Below, in pieces: positions 36,293 through 46,600 of a stretch of 64,000 bases of DNA (position 1 is its first letter; every line of letters begins with the position of its first letter). The notes below the pieces were generated by a model. It made no database searches. It was given only the letters and a program-made list of their open reading frames with translations, and was not told the DNA's origin. This stretch comes from a virus. The stretch covers positions 1 to 64,000 of the IMG/VR virus record IMGVR_UViG_3300032294_002363. One strand, 5' to 3'. The position numbers and the translations under genes were made by a program.

Positions 36293-37110
36293 TAACCAAC
36301 AGAACATACGGAATAGATAATGATGTATTAGCTTATAATGCTAGAATAGTAGCTGGCGGCAATCAAAGTTTAAGCATGCAAAGTTTAAGACAATTAAATC
36401 AATTTGTAATTTCAATGAAAAAAATGAATCTTTGGGCAAGTATGATTTGCTGGCCGTTAAGAGCAAATCAAAACGCGGGAAATGGAACAATTGGATATTC
36501 TTTAGGTGGTCTTGGAATATTTAATGGTACAATTAGTTCTGGAATTGTGTGGAATATGAATGGATTAGGATATAGTGGAGCAAATTTTGTTCAAGCCATG
36601 ACCGTAAATTCAAATATTAGAAATCTTTTTGTTTTAGGCGCAACAATATTTGGTGTTTTTAATAATTCCGCTGACGATAATTTTCCTGTTTTTCTTATTC
36701 AAGATATAGATGATGGAAATCCTGTATGGCCAAGTCTTTATGCTAATTTTTCAATAAGTACAGGAGTTATACCTGCTGTTACTCGTGGGGCTTCAAATTA
36801 TTTTCAATCAACTAGAGGAGGAAATTATACTGGTGATTTTAATACTATAACAGGTGTTATAAGATCCACTTCTCAAGCAGCATTTAGAAATGGAATAATT
36901 ATATCGAATGAAACTGGATTAAATGTTATAAATTTAACTTCTACAGCCTCTAATGTGACTGTTAAAGTTGGCGGGAAAGGAAATGGCGGAACAGGAGTAT
37001 CGGCTCATGCTTTTACACTGATTAGCAATTTGACATTAACAAATGAAGAAGTTTTAATATTAAATAATATTTATAAATCTACTCTTGGAGAAGGTCTCGT
37101 CTTAACATAA
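36289..37110 (+). CDS. paralog array member 5
   Basis: Same termini; ends YKSTLGEGLVLT. Confidence 0.8.
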   Translation: MITNRTYGIDNDVLAYNARIVAGGNQSLSMQSLRQLNQFVISMKKMNLWASMICWPLRANQNAGNGTIGYSLGGLGIFNGTISSGIVWNMNGLGYSGANFVQAMTVNSNIRNLFVLGATIFGVFNNSADDNFPVFLIQDIDDGNPVWPSLYANFSISTGVIPAVTRGASNYFQSTRGGNYTGDFNTITGVIRSTSQAAFRNGIIISNETGLNVINLTSTASNVTVKVGGKGNGGTGVSAHAFTLISNLTLTNEEVLILNNIYKSTLGEGLVLT

Positions 37111-37114
37111 AGGA

Positions 37115-37120
37115 GTGTAA
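37115..37120 (+). promoter_or_regulatory. GTGTAA motif
   Basis: 9 nt upstream of ATG 37130. Confidence 0.7.
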
Positions 37121-37129
37121 TTCTTATAT

Positions 37130-37675
37130 ATGCAATTAAATAATCCAATCTTCATTAATCAAACAGATGCAGATATTAGATATGTCAATACTACTGGAGA
37201 TACTATAAATGGAAATATTGCAATTAACGGCAATTTAAATGCACTCGGAAATTATTATGTAAAAGTAGCTAGACTCTCAGATCAAACAATATCACAAGAT
37301 ACAGATACAGTTATTCAATTTTCTAGAATAACTGATCCTAATAATTGGTATAATACAGGAACTTACAGAATAACCCCTACTATATCTGGTAATTATTGCG
37401 CCAATCTTATGGTGTCATGGAAGCAGGGGTCAGCTGCTAGAAATATTCAAACTAATGTTCAAATAAGAAAAGCTGGCAATACATTTGCTATTAATCAAAC
37501 TCCAGTAGAGTCTGGATTAAATTTTTCAGTTTATGCATGTGGTATAACAACTTTAAATGGAACAACTGGAGATTATATTGAGGCGACTGCGTATTCAGCA
37601 AATCCAACAAGTCAAAATCTTGTTGGTGAAGCAGTTGGCACTTGGACTAAGATGGAAGTATTTAAATTAAATTAA
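37130..37675 (+). CDS. short fibre with gC1q/TNF-like head domain
   Basis: RYVNTTGDTING fibre motif, then NWYNTGTYRITPTISGNY ... GDYIE, a C1q-like pattern. Confidence 0.55.
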   Translation: MQLNNPIFINQTDADIRYVNTTGDTINGNIAINGNLNALGNYYVKVARLSDQTISQDTDTVIQFSRITDPNNWYNTGTYRITPTISGNYCANLMVSWKQGSAARNIQTNVQIRKAGNTFAINQTPVESGLNFSVYACGITTLNGTTGDYIEATAYSANPTSQNLVGEAVGTWTKMEVFKLN

Positions 37676-37713
37676 AATAACCCTCAGAATTTGATTATAA
37701 TATATATTATATA

Positions 37714-37719
37714 GTGTAA
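37714..37719 (+). promoter_or_regulatory. GTGTAA motif upstream of neck genes
   Basis: 10 nt upstream of ATG 37730; TTGATT lies 17 nt upstream. Confidence 0.7.
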
Positions 37720-37729
37720 TATCTATTAT

Positions 37730-38242
37730 ATGACCACAAAAATAGTAGATATTGCAGATGAAGTATATCGCGAATTAGGCGAACCAACAGATATAAGCAT
37801 AGCTTCGGTAGCTTTTTGGCTAAGAACAAATATTGGTAGATTAAATATATTAATTAATAAACCTTATTCAGTTAATGAGACTACTTTAGAAATATCGGAT
37901 ACAGAAAATGACCCATTTGGAATAACAGAAAAGACTATATTTAAATTAATTTATATATCCTTTTATTATGAAAGATTGTTTAGAAATGCTCTTGGCGCAG
38001 CAAGTACAGATAGCGTAACTGAAATTAGTCAAAATGGATTTAGAGCAAGAAAAATTAATAAAAATGATTTAGCTAAGACTTACTCTGATCTAAAGAAACA
38101 ATCTGATCAACAACTAAAATTAGTATTAGATAGTTATAACATAAATGATGTTACCCCAATACAAGTTGCAGGAGATGATACAATTGAAGAACCATATAGA
38201 TCTTACGTCTATGGTAATATAAGAAATATTGATAATCTATAA
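37730..38242 (+). CDS. putative head-tail adaptor
   Basis: Helical 170-aa protein, first of four genes before the tail tube; positional call. Confidence 0.55.
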   Translation: MTTKIVDIADEVYRELGEPTDISIASVAFWLRTNIGRLNILINKPYSVNETTLEISDTENDPFGITEKTIFKLIYISFYYERLFRNALGAASTDSVTEISQNGFRARKINKNDLAKTYSDLKKQSDQQLKLVLDSYNINDVTPIQVAGDDTIEEPYRSYVYGNIRNIDNL

Positions 38243-38247
38243 TCTTT

Positions 38248-38691
38248 ATGGCAACAAGTTTTTTAAATGCTAATGATAAATCATGGTTCGAAGGCGCTGT
38301 TGATACTTGGTTTGAAACTTTTAAAAAAACTATAACAGTTCATAAAGAACCAATAAAAAACATTGTTCAAAATACAAAGAATCAAATGTTAGGATATGAA
38401 GAAAATTCTAACATTGTAGATTATACTTATACCCCAAGAAACCAAACCTTTGACGCAGTAATAATGTATAATCCAACAGAAAATCTAAATGAGAATAGTG
38501 AAATAAAAGTTAACATCGCAGATCAGCCAGTTGAAATTTTTGTTAAAGAAGACGCAAAAAATTATATTGATACAGATAAGAATGAAAAAATCTCATTTGA
38601 TGGTAAAAATTTTAATATTTTCAGTTCAAGCATAGCGAAACACTATATGAACGCAACATATTATGTCTATTATCTAAGGGAGACAAGATAA
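38248..38691 (+). CDS. putative head closure protein
   Basis: Beta-rich 147 aa ending YYVYYLRET; positional call. Confidence 0.5.
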   Translation: MATSFLNANDKSWFEGAVDTWFETFKKTITVHKEPIKNIVQNTKNQMLGYEENSNIVDYTYTPRNQTFDAVIMYNPTENLNENSEIKVNIADQPVEIFVKEDAKNYIDTDKNEKISFDGKNFNIFSSSIAKHYMNATYYVYYLRETR

Positions 38692-39260
38692 TGGGTAAAG
38701 TAAATGTAAATTATAAAAGATTCACAGAAAATAGCAAGGGCATTAAAAAGGTTGCTGATAATGTTGCTCTCAAAAAATATGAATTATCAAAAGATAACTT
38801 TTTTAAAGATTTTGAGTCTCATCCTGTTACAAAAGAACTAGAAGGTGGACCAAGAGGAAGTAACATATCTAATACTCTAGGTGGTGTTGGTAATCTTTTT
38901 AGTTTTATTGGTTTCTATAATACTGATAATCCAATTCAAAATTTAAGAAGAATTTTAAAAGATAGTTTTTCAGTAAAAGAAAAAAGAAAAGGTAATCTCA
39001 TTAGATACATTATAGATTATCCATCTTTAAGTGAGATTAAATCCGAAACACCAATGCCTTGGGAAGGTGGAAGAAGTTGGGTTACTGGCATAGAAAGAGG
39101 CATATCAGGATTTAGTAATTATTTATACAAGAAATTTGGAGATGGTCGTTCTAAAGAAGCTTTACAATCTGATAATAAAATAAGATTAGCTTTTTATAGA
39201 AAAACAACATACTTAACAAGTATAATAAATAACTTCGTTAATAACATGAAATCCAGATGA
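38691..39260 (+). CDS. putative neck/tail-completion protein
   Basis: Basic 189-aa protein; positional call. Confidence 0.45.
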   Translation: MGKVNVNYKRFTENSKGIKKVADNVALKKYELSKDNFFKDFESHPVTKELEGGPRGSNISNTLGGVGNLFSFIGFYNTDNPIQNLRRILKDSFSVKEKRKGNLIRYIIDYPSLSEIKSETPMPWEGGRSWVTGIERGISGFSNYLYKKFGDGRSKEALQSDNKIRLAFYRKTTYLTSIINNFVNNMKSR

Positions 39261-40096
39261 AAGCACAATTAGATAATATATTAATGTCTAGTATGATCAT
39301 GTGGTTAGATAATAAACTACTAACTAAAGGTGAGGCATATAAAAATTTCTCAAGCAATTTCTATCCAATAACAAATATATATAATGGATTTTACTCATAT
39401 GGATTACCATTTAAACAAATTGTTAATGACAGTTCAATAAGTGGCGCAAATCTATTATCTGGAGTATATGTTAATGGCTCTTTTGTATCTGTTGGACAAG
39501 GCAATCTAACAGGAATAAGTCCTCAAAATGGTCAAGTATATTTCAATGCTAATCAAAGCGCTAATATATTGAGTGGTAATTATGCAGTAAAAGATTTTAA
39601 TATATATTTAACCAGCAAAGCTGAAGAAGAGCTATTATTTGAAAGCCAATATCAAACAAGACCTAAAACAAGTCAAGAAATAACTGGATTAGCAATAGAA
39701 TCTATCACATATCCTTGTATATTCTTAAAAAATAATGGTGGAAATAATCAACCCTTTGCTTTTGGTGGACAAGATGAGACGCTTATGGAAGTTCGAGCTA
39801 TAGTATTGGCTGATAACATATTTAATCTTGATGCAGTATGTAGTATATTAAAAGATACAGCTAGAGATTATGTGCCACTTATAAACAATAGCCCATTTAA
39901 TACATTTGGGTCATTATCTAGTGGTTATTATAACTATAATAGCTTAATATCTAATATTAACGTTGGGGTAGATGGTTTTTATATATCAGAGGTAACTGTA
40001 AGTAAAATATTTGCTAATTTAAATATTAAAAATAGCCAAGTTTATCCTGCATTTGTTGATTTTACTCTCAGTAATATAAGATATCCAAGAGTCTAA
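39257..40096 (+). CDS. putative tail terminator
   Basis: Directly before the tail tube; C-terminal TYPCIFL...EVRAIV...VDF beta/alpha pattern. Confidence 0.5.
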   Translation: MKAQLDNILMSSMIMWLDNKLLTKGEAYKNFSSNFYPITNIYNGFYSYGLPFKQIVNDSSISGANLLSGVYVNGSFVSVGQGNLTGISPQNGQVYFNANQSANILSGNYAVKDFNIYLTSKAEEELLFESQYQTRPKTSQEITGLAIESITYPCIFLKNNGGNNQPFAFGGQDETLMEVRAIVLADNIFNLDAVCSILKDTARDYVPLINNSPFNTFGSLSSGYYNYNSLISNINVGVDGFYISEVTVSKIFANLNIKNSQVYPAFVDFTLSNIRYPRV

Positions 40097-40123
40097 AAAT
40101 CAGTTCTCTTGACTTAGATTTAG

Positions 40124-40129
40124 CTGTAA
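40124..40129 (+). promoter_or_regulatory. CTGTAA variant of late motif upstream of tail tube
   Basis: One mismatch to GTGTAA; AAAAGGAG RBS downstream. Confidence 0.45.
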
Positions 40130-40162
40130 TTATAGGAAAGATTTCTAAAAGGAGAAAATAAA

Positions 40163-41206
40163 ATGGCAAGAAAAAGAGTAATTTATCAATCCGAAGCACT
40201 TTTCGTAGGTGGTACAGGAAGTGCACAAACACTAAGTCAAGTTAATCGTGTACAAAGCTGTAACTATAGCTTTGAAATTCCACGCCAAGACGTTAATCAA
40301 TTCGGACAATTAGCAGCAATTGATCGTATCATTCTAGAACAACCAACAGTAAACCTAGACTTCTCTTACTACCTAAATAGTGGTGAGAACGAAAGAAACT
40401 TAGGTCTTACAGTTGGTGACGGAACAAAATCTGCTCTAGCCGATATTTTAACTGGCGACGTAGGAAATAAAAATTATTATATTCTAGTTTCCCCAGAAGG
40501 AACAGACGCAAACATAGATACAACCATAGCAACTGGTCAAGGCAAAACAATTGGTCTAGGAAACGGATTCTTGAGTTCCTACAGCATCGAAGCAGCAGTC
40601 GGAGGAATTCCAACTGTTACAGTTAATGCTGAAGCTCTTAACATGCGTTTCTACAATCAAGCCACAGGCAATATCCCAACTGTAAATCCAGAAGACGGAA
40701 GCAATGCAGCTGGAACATTCGCTATACCAACACCTGTCACAGGCGCAGGATTCTCCGCTCTCCGCCCAGGAGACGTAGACGTAACAATCACAGCCTCTAA
40801 TGCTAAGGGTGTTACAATCGCAGATTTGAAACCACAAACCGCCACAATCTCATTTGATATTACTAGAGAGCCAATCCAAAAACTAGGTAGTAGATTCGCC
40901 TTTACAAGAGAAATCACATTCCCACTCACAGTAACAATGAGTGTAGATGCAATCCTCGGAGAAATCGAAGCTGGTAACTTGGCAGATACAATCAATGACG
41001 ACTCATCTTCATTCGATGTATCAGTTCAATTAAATAAACCAAACACAAATGATCGCTCTGTTAAGTACACATTGAAAGGTTGTAAGCTAGACAGCCAAAC
41101 CTTCTCAAGTGCAATCGGCGACAATAAAAGTGTTACCCTTGAATTTAGTACTCAAATCGGTGGTCCAACAGATACAGTCCGAGGCGTATTCATACAAGGC
41201 CCATAA
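40163..41206 (+). CDS. major tail (tube) protein
   Basis: RVQSCNYSFEIPRQDVNQFG tube-like motif, strong RBS, high-expression codon bias, terminator downstream. Confidence 0.85.
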   Translation: MARKRVIYQSEALFVGGTGSAQTLSQVNRVQSCNYSFEIPRQDVNQFGQLAAIDRIILEQPTVNLDFSYYLNSGENERNLGLTVGDGTKSALADILTGDVGNKNYYILVSPEGTDANIDTTIATGQGKTIGLGNGFLSSYSIEAAVGGIPTVTVNAEALNMRFYNQATGNIPTVNPEDGSNAAGTFAIPTPVTGAGFSALRPGDVDVTITASNAKGVTIADLKPQTATISFDITREPIQKLGSRFAFTREITFPLTVTMSVDAILGEIEAGNLADTINDDSSSFDVSVQLNKPNTNDRSVKYTLKGCKLDSQTFSSAIGDNKSVTLEFSTQIGGPTDTVRGVFIQGP

Positions 41207-41232
41207 GTTAATTTAATTAACTTAAAAACTAG

Positions 41233-41257
41233 AAGCCCCGCGATAAGCGGGGTTTTT
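41233..41257 (+). terminator. rho-independent terminator after tail tube gene
   Basis: GCCCCGC-GATAA-GCGGGGT followed by T run. Confidence 0.85.
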
Positions 41258-41258
41258 A

Positions 41259-41264
41259 GTGTAA
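41259..41264 (+). promoter_or_regulatory. GTGTAA motif immediately after terminator
   Basis: 36 nt upstream of ATG 41301; leader contains three AGG. Confidence 0.65.
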
Positions 41265-41300
41265 TCATATATAGGAATAAGGTTTGCAGAGGCAAAAGTT

Positions 41301-41588
41301 ATGATAAACTTAAAGCTAAAAGATTTATTGGCATTTCAGATAAATCGAAATATTATTAATCTATACAAAAGGTATTTAAATTTATTAGAAGATCTTCAAG
41401 AAGAGCATGTTAATATGTTAAATAAATTAAATAAAAAGGTTGATCTTGAAACATTAAAAAATGTTGATTATTTTGATGAAAATAAATATAATTATATAAG
41501 GAAAAGAATATTAGATCTAGGAAACGAAACTTATAGAGAAATAGAGAAGACATTAGAATTCCTAGATGATAAAAACCATGAAAAATAA
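41301..41588 (+). CDS. hypothetical protein
   Basis: 95-aa helical ORF. Confidence 0.7.
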   Translation: MINLKLKDLLAFQINRNIINLYKRYLNLLEDLQEEHVNMLNKLNKKVDLETLKNVDYFDENKYNYIRKRILDLGNETYREIEKTLEFLDDKNHEK

Positions 41589-41832
41589 ATATATTAAATA
41601 TAATATAGAAGAGGTTATTAAAGCTAACTTAGATGTACAATCAATTCAAAGAAAGCTTAGGAATGACTTTGGTCTACTAAAGTCATCTTTTGATGTTTTA
41701 ACTAATTCTAAATATATATCTAATTATTTAAATTGGCCAGAAGAAAAAAAGAAAGAATTTATTATAACAATTGGCGGCAAAGTTAATTTTAAAAAGACAA
41801 AATGTTTTATAGAAGGAAAATTAGGGAGTTAA
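41566..41832 (+). CDS. hypothetical protein
   Basis: 88-aa ORF; true start may be the second Met. Confidence 0.65.
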   Translation: MIKTMKNKYIKYNIEEVIKANLDVQSIQRKLRNDFGLLKSSFDVLTNSKYISNYLNWPEEKKKEFIITIGGKVNFKKTKCFIEGKLGS

Positions 41833-41835
41833 TTT

Positions 41836-42624
41836 ATGAAAATAGATAAATATTTATATGAATTTAAAGTGAATAGAGAAAAAGAGATTGAAGAAATCGA
41901 AACATCTAAAAATGATCAAGGTCAAGAAGTAAAAACTATTAAAAAAGTAAAAACTACAACCCCAGTTACATTTAGAATATTAAAACCAAATAGAAGACTA
42001 TTTGATGAGGCTGAATTATTTTATGGCATCAAACTATCAGAGGGTATTAAAGCTGGTCTTTTAACTAGATCTTTGCTCGCTAAAAGATATTCAAATGATG
42101 GCGGAGCTATGAGCGATCCAGAAAAGGAAAGATATGCAAAACTATATATAGAACTATATAGATTGCAAAATGACTTACAAAGATTTGAAGTTAATTTAGA
42201 GAAATTAACGAAAGATGAACAAACTAAAAAGATTGCTGATATTTTAAATGAAATTACGATTACAAAAAGAGAACTTCAAGAAATCGAGAACTATCACTCT
42301 ACATTATTTGATCAAACCGCTGAAAATCGTGCTAGAAATCAAACTATTATGTGGTGGGTATTAAATCTTTCTTATTTTTCAGAGAATGAGAAGGACTTTG
42401 TTCCATTTTTTGGTGAAGGAGATCATTCTAAAAAGATAGATAAATATGATGAGTTCGAAGAAGCTGGCGATATATTCTTTTCAGAATCCATGTCGAAACT
42501 AGCATATTTTATAAGTCTATGGTATATGGGCAAAGCTAATACATTAGAAGATTTTAAAAATCTAGAAAATCTATTCCAAAATTCGAGTGAATTAAAAAGT
42601 AATAATATAGAAAATAGTGAATGA
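41836..42624 (+). CDS. putative tail assembly chaperone
   Basis: Between tube and TMP; helical/coiled-coil. Confidence 0.55.
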   Translation: MKIDKYLYEFKVNREKEIEEIETSKNDQGQEVKTIKKVKTTTPVTFRILKPNRRLFDEAELFYGIKLSEGIKAGLLTRSLLAKRYSNDGGAMSDPEKERYAKLYIELYRLQNDLQRFEVNLEKLTKDEQTKKIADILNEITITKRELQEIENYHSTLFDQTAENRARNQTIMWWVLNLSYFSENEKDFVPFFGEGDHSKKIDKYDEFEEAGDIFFSESMSKLAYFISLWYMGKANTLEDFKNLENLFQNSSELKSNNIENSE

Positions 42625-43615
42625 AATTAATCAAGAGCAAAATCTTGTTAGAAAGATATATAAAGATTTAATTCTTGGATTTTCTATTTTTTATAAAAAA
42701 GATAAAGTTTTCTCATTTAAACATCTTTCAGAGCCTGAGATATGTGGGGCGAATGAAGTATATTTAAAAGCTTTTAACGAAGCAAGATACCAAGGCCTTT
42801 TAGATAGAGAAGAAAAAGTTAAAATTCTATGCGATCAAGGTGTTTGGTCTAAAGATAAAGAAGATGAGATTAAAAAAATAATTGAAGAGATCGATGTTCT
42901 ACAGAATACATTAAAAAAATTAATAATTAAATCTCAGATACAAAGAATAAGAGATCAGATTTCAAATCTAGAAAAGAATCTAAATAAAATAAGTAAAGAG
43001 AAGGAAGAACTGTTAGGATTAACAGCTGAAAACTATGCTTATAAAAAATCTAATGAATTCGTAATATATCTAAGTCTTTATGATAAAGAATTCAAAAGAA
43101 TGTTATTTAATAGCGAAGAAGAATTTTCAGAATTAAATGAAATAGATCTAATAGATTATATTAATTGTTATAGAGAGTTTATAGATACTTTTAAAATTAA
43201 TAATCTAAAAAAGATTGCTGTATCTCCATTTTTTATGAATAGCTTTTTTTTATGTGAAGATGATCCATTCATATTTTTTGGTAAGCCATTAGTTAATCTA
43301 ACTCAATATCAAATAGAACTATTTGGCGTAGCTAGAAACTATAAATATTATCTTACTAAAAGCGGGGAGAATCCTCCTAATAATATAAAGAATTTAGATG
43401 AATTAGTAAACTGGTATGAAAATCGTCAAGCAATCAATAATCTAAAGGAGAAGAATAAAGATAAACTTGGTCAAAGCTATATAGGAGCTACAAAAGAAGA
43501 GCTTATGGCTATGACCTCTGATTCTAAGGACGAAGTAGTAGATTTAACTAAAGAAGCTCAAAAGGCTGGTGGAGATTTATCATTTGAAGAGATATTAAAA
43601 ATTCATGGAATCTAA
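42617..43615 (+). CDS. putative second tail assembly chaperone
   Basis: GTG start, immediately before TMP. Confidence 0.5.
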   Translation: MNEINQEQNLVRKIYKDLILGFSIFYKKDKVFSFKHLSEPEICGANEVYLKAFNEARYQGLLDREEKVKILCDQGVWSKDKEDEIKKIIEEIDVLQNTLKKLIIKSQIQRIRDQISNLEKNLNKISKEKEELLGLTAENYAYKKSNEFVIYLSLYDKEFKRMLFNSEEEFSELNEIDLIDYINCYREFIDTFKINNLKKIAVSPFFMNSFFLCEDDPFIFFGKPLVNLTQYQIELFGVARNYKYYLTKSGENPPNNIKNLDELVNWYENRQAINNLKEKNKDKLGQSYIGATKEELMAMTSDSKDEVVDLTKEAQKAGGDLSFEEILKIHGI

Positions 43616-43632
43616 TTAATATTTAAATTTTT

Positions 43633-43638
43633 GTGTAA
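43633..43638 (+). promoter_or_regulatory. GTGTAA motif upstream of tape measure
   Basis: 23 nt upstream of ATG 43662; AAAGGGG RBS between. Confidence 0.7.
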
Positions 43639-43661
43639 TAATACTAAAGGGGTTTACTCTT

Positions 43662-46600
43662 ATGGCACAAGGTAGAGATCAAATTATTGTTGATGTATTA
43701 GGCAATACAAAGCCTTTAGAGAAAAATATATCTAAAGTAGCAAATCAAGCCTTAACATTAAACACTAAGAATTTCTCTCAACCTTTAGGTAAAATTACAG
43801 GGCAATTAGGCGAGTTTGAGAAATCATTGGCCGCATCTAATGCTCGTGTTATTGCATTCGGCGCTTCCGCTGGAGCCATATACGCTGTTCAAAGAGCATT
43901 TGAGGCGACAATTAGAACTGTAATAGATGTAGAGAAATCCTTAGCAGACATTAATGTAATATTAAACGTTAGTCAAAAAACCTTAACAAGTTTTGGTAAT
44001 AGTCTTTTCGATATTGCAAAGAATACAGGTTTATCTTTCTCAGAAGTAGCAAAAGCAGCTACAGAATTTTCTAGACAGGGTTTAGGTATTGAAGATACAT
44101 TAAAAAGAACCAGCGATGCATTAATATTAACAAGATTAAGTGGTTTAGATACAGTAAGTAGCGTAGAAGCTTTAACTGCGGCAATAAATTCTTTCTCTAA
44201 CTCAGCCTTAACTTCTACAGAAATTGTAAATAAATTAGCTGCTGTAGACGCTGCATTTGCAGTTAGTTCTGCAGATCTAGCAGAAGCAATTAAAAGAGTA
44301 GGTAGCTCTGCTGATGACGTAGGGGTAAGCTTTGATCAACTAATTGGTTTAGTAACATCCGCACAACAAATAACTTCAAGAGGTGGAAGTGTTATCGGTA
44401 ACAGCTTTAAGACGATTTTTACAAGATTGCAAAGACCAAAAACTTTAGAAGCCTTAGAGCAGATTGGAGTAGCTACAAAAGATCAAGAAGGAAATATCCT
44501 ACCTCTTGTACAGATCCTTAACTCTTTATCTCAAACATATGATAAGTTAAGTTCCGTACAGAAAGCTCAAATTGCTGAAACGGTTGGCGGTGTTTTCCAA
44601 ATCAATATTTTAAAGGCAGCTTTAGGAGATCTATCTAAAGAATATTCTATTTACTCTAGAGCTTTAGGAATATCTTCTGGAGCTACAGATGAAGCTACAA
44701 GAAGAAATGAAATATTAAATCAAACACTAGCCGCAACAATTAATAAAACCGTAGTAAATTTACAAAACGCTGCAACAGATATAGGTAATTTAGCTCTTGC
44801 CCCAGCGCTTCAAAGAGCTTTAGGTGGACTAAATTATGTTCTAGAAAATTTTGGAACAGATGAAAGCGAAGGCATAGGAACAAAGATTGGAGAAGGATTA
44901 GCTAGAGGTTTAGGAAACTTCTTAAGTGGTCCAGGATTATTAATTGGTGTTGCAGCTCTAATTAAGATCTTTGAAAGATTGACAGTCTTTACGGCTGACG
45001 CTTTTAAGCAGTTGACAGGATTAAATACTCAGACCGCAGAACAAAGATCTTTACAGGCTCAGATTTTAAATTTAATAGGAAGAAATCCTCAGATTATACA
45101 ACAGATAAATAGTGGCAATTTAGACACAGCTAATTTACATAAACAGATATTATCTTTGATTGAACAAGAAACTGTAGCAATGCAAAGACAAGTCAGCATT
45201 GCTGATTCCTTAACAAAAAGTTTAATGGCTGCAGGAGTTAGAATACCTCAGACTGGCCCAATGAGAGGTACTGCAGTTAGAACAAAATCATTTGGTTTTG
45301 TACCTAACTTTAGCGCAAATCAAGAAATTATGGGTGCTTTTGCTGGTGGATATATGCCAGGACAAGTTAAAAAGATGGTTATTCCTAACTATGGAGCAGT
45401 TACGTATAATAGCGCAGAGAAAGTAAAAAGATTTAATGGCATGAATCAACCCGCCATTATGCCTCCACAAGAAAGTCTTGCTGGAAAAAATTATAAGAAA
45501 AATTTTGAAGCAGCACATGGATTTAATCCTTATGCAAATAAGGGCTTTATTCCTAATTTTGCTACATTATTAGGAAATCCCTATGAACAGAATTATGTAA
45601 AACTTCAAGGTGAACTTAAAAATATAGCAAGTTATGGTTCAGCAGGAATATCAATAAGTAGAATTGGCAAAGCCCTTGGCGTTGTTAGAGGGCCAGAAGG
45701 AAACTTTTATGTTCCATTTAATAACTATGAAAAACTACTCAAAGCTTCAAAGCAAGATTTAGAAAAAAATGCTGCAGGAAGAGGAAAAAGATTTGAAGGT
45801 AAGATAGAACCATACGCATTAGTTTATCCAAGCTTTGGTATGTCTAATCCATTCCCAAGCGCAGGAAGAGCTGGTGGTAAATCTATAGGTTTTGATGTTG
45901 TGCCATTCCCAGGAAATATAAAAGGTCAGAGCACAAATATCATTGGCCCAAGTCTTTATAAAAAATCGTTAAAAGCACTTGTAGATAATGCTTCTGAATT
46001 CTTAGTTAATCTTGCTGGAGTAGATCCAGATGTCATAAATGATCAAAAATTTAAAAATTATTTATATAGTAATATAAGCCAAGATCAAATCGGAACTTTA
46101 GTCGGTAATGCTTTTGAGGGTGGAATACTTGCCTCTTTAAATATTGTACCAAATGATAGATCAAGAATCTTAGACTTAAGTAGAGAAGAAATTAAAAAAC
46201 TTGGTGAAACGTTTAAGATATCTTCTCTAACATCAGGTAAGTATTTAGGTGGAGATTTTAAAAATGCATTAAGCCCATTTAATTTAGATAGTATGGCTGG
46301 TAAAATATTAAATACTAGATTAAATAAAAATTTTGGATTTATTCCTAATTTTTCTCCAATTAATAAAGCTTTCCAAACAGAGAAAAGTCTTGGCGGATCA
46401 CCAGTTCTAGATTATCAATCTGGAGTAGGATTATACGTTAGAGATAGTAAAAGACAGCCAAATTTTGCTGCAGTAAAAAGAGACCATCCAGAAGGTTTAT
46501 CTAAAGCTATAAGTAATTCATATGCTATGCAAAAGGGAATGGCAGCATTTGGATTTGTACCAAATTTTGTTCGTCTTCCAGAGACAATACCAACCGCTCA

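Noticed and set aside
33038-37110. Invertible (shufflon) tail-fibre switching
   Set aside because: All five genes are co-oriented with their own coupled starts; no invertase or inverted crossover sites seen
40163-41206. Contractile (myovirus) tail
   Set aside because: No sheath-sized gene beside the tube and no recognisable baseplate wedge set; a siphovirus-like tail is more likely
42540-42625. Programmed -1 frameshift (lambda G/GT type) between tail chaperone genes
   Set aside because: TTTAAAA is out of phase for X XXY YYZ; the downstream ORF is in the +1 frame and has an in-frame TAG (42608-42610) just before its GTG start
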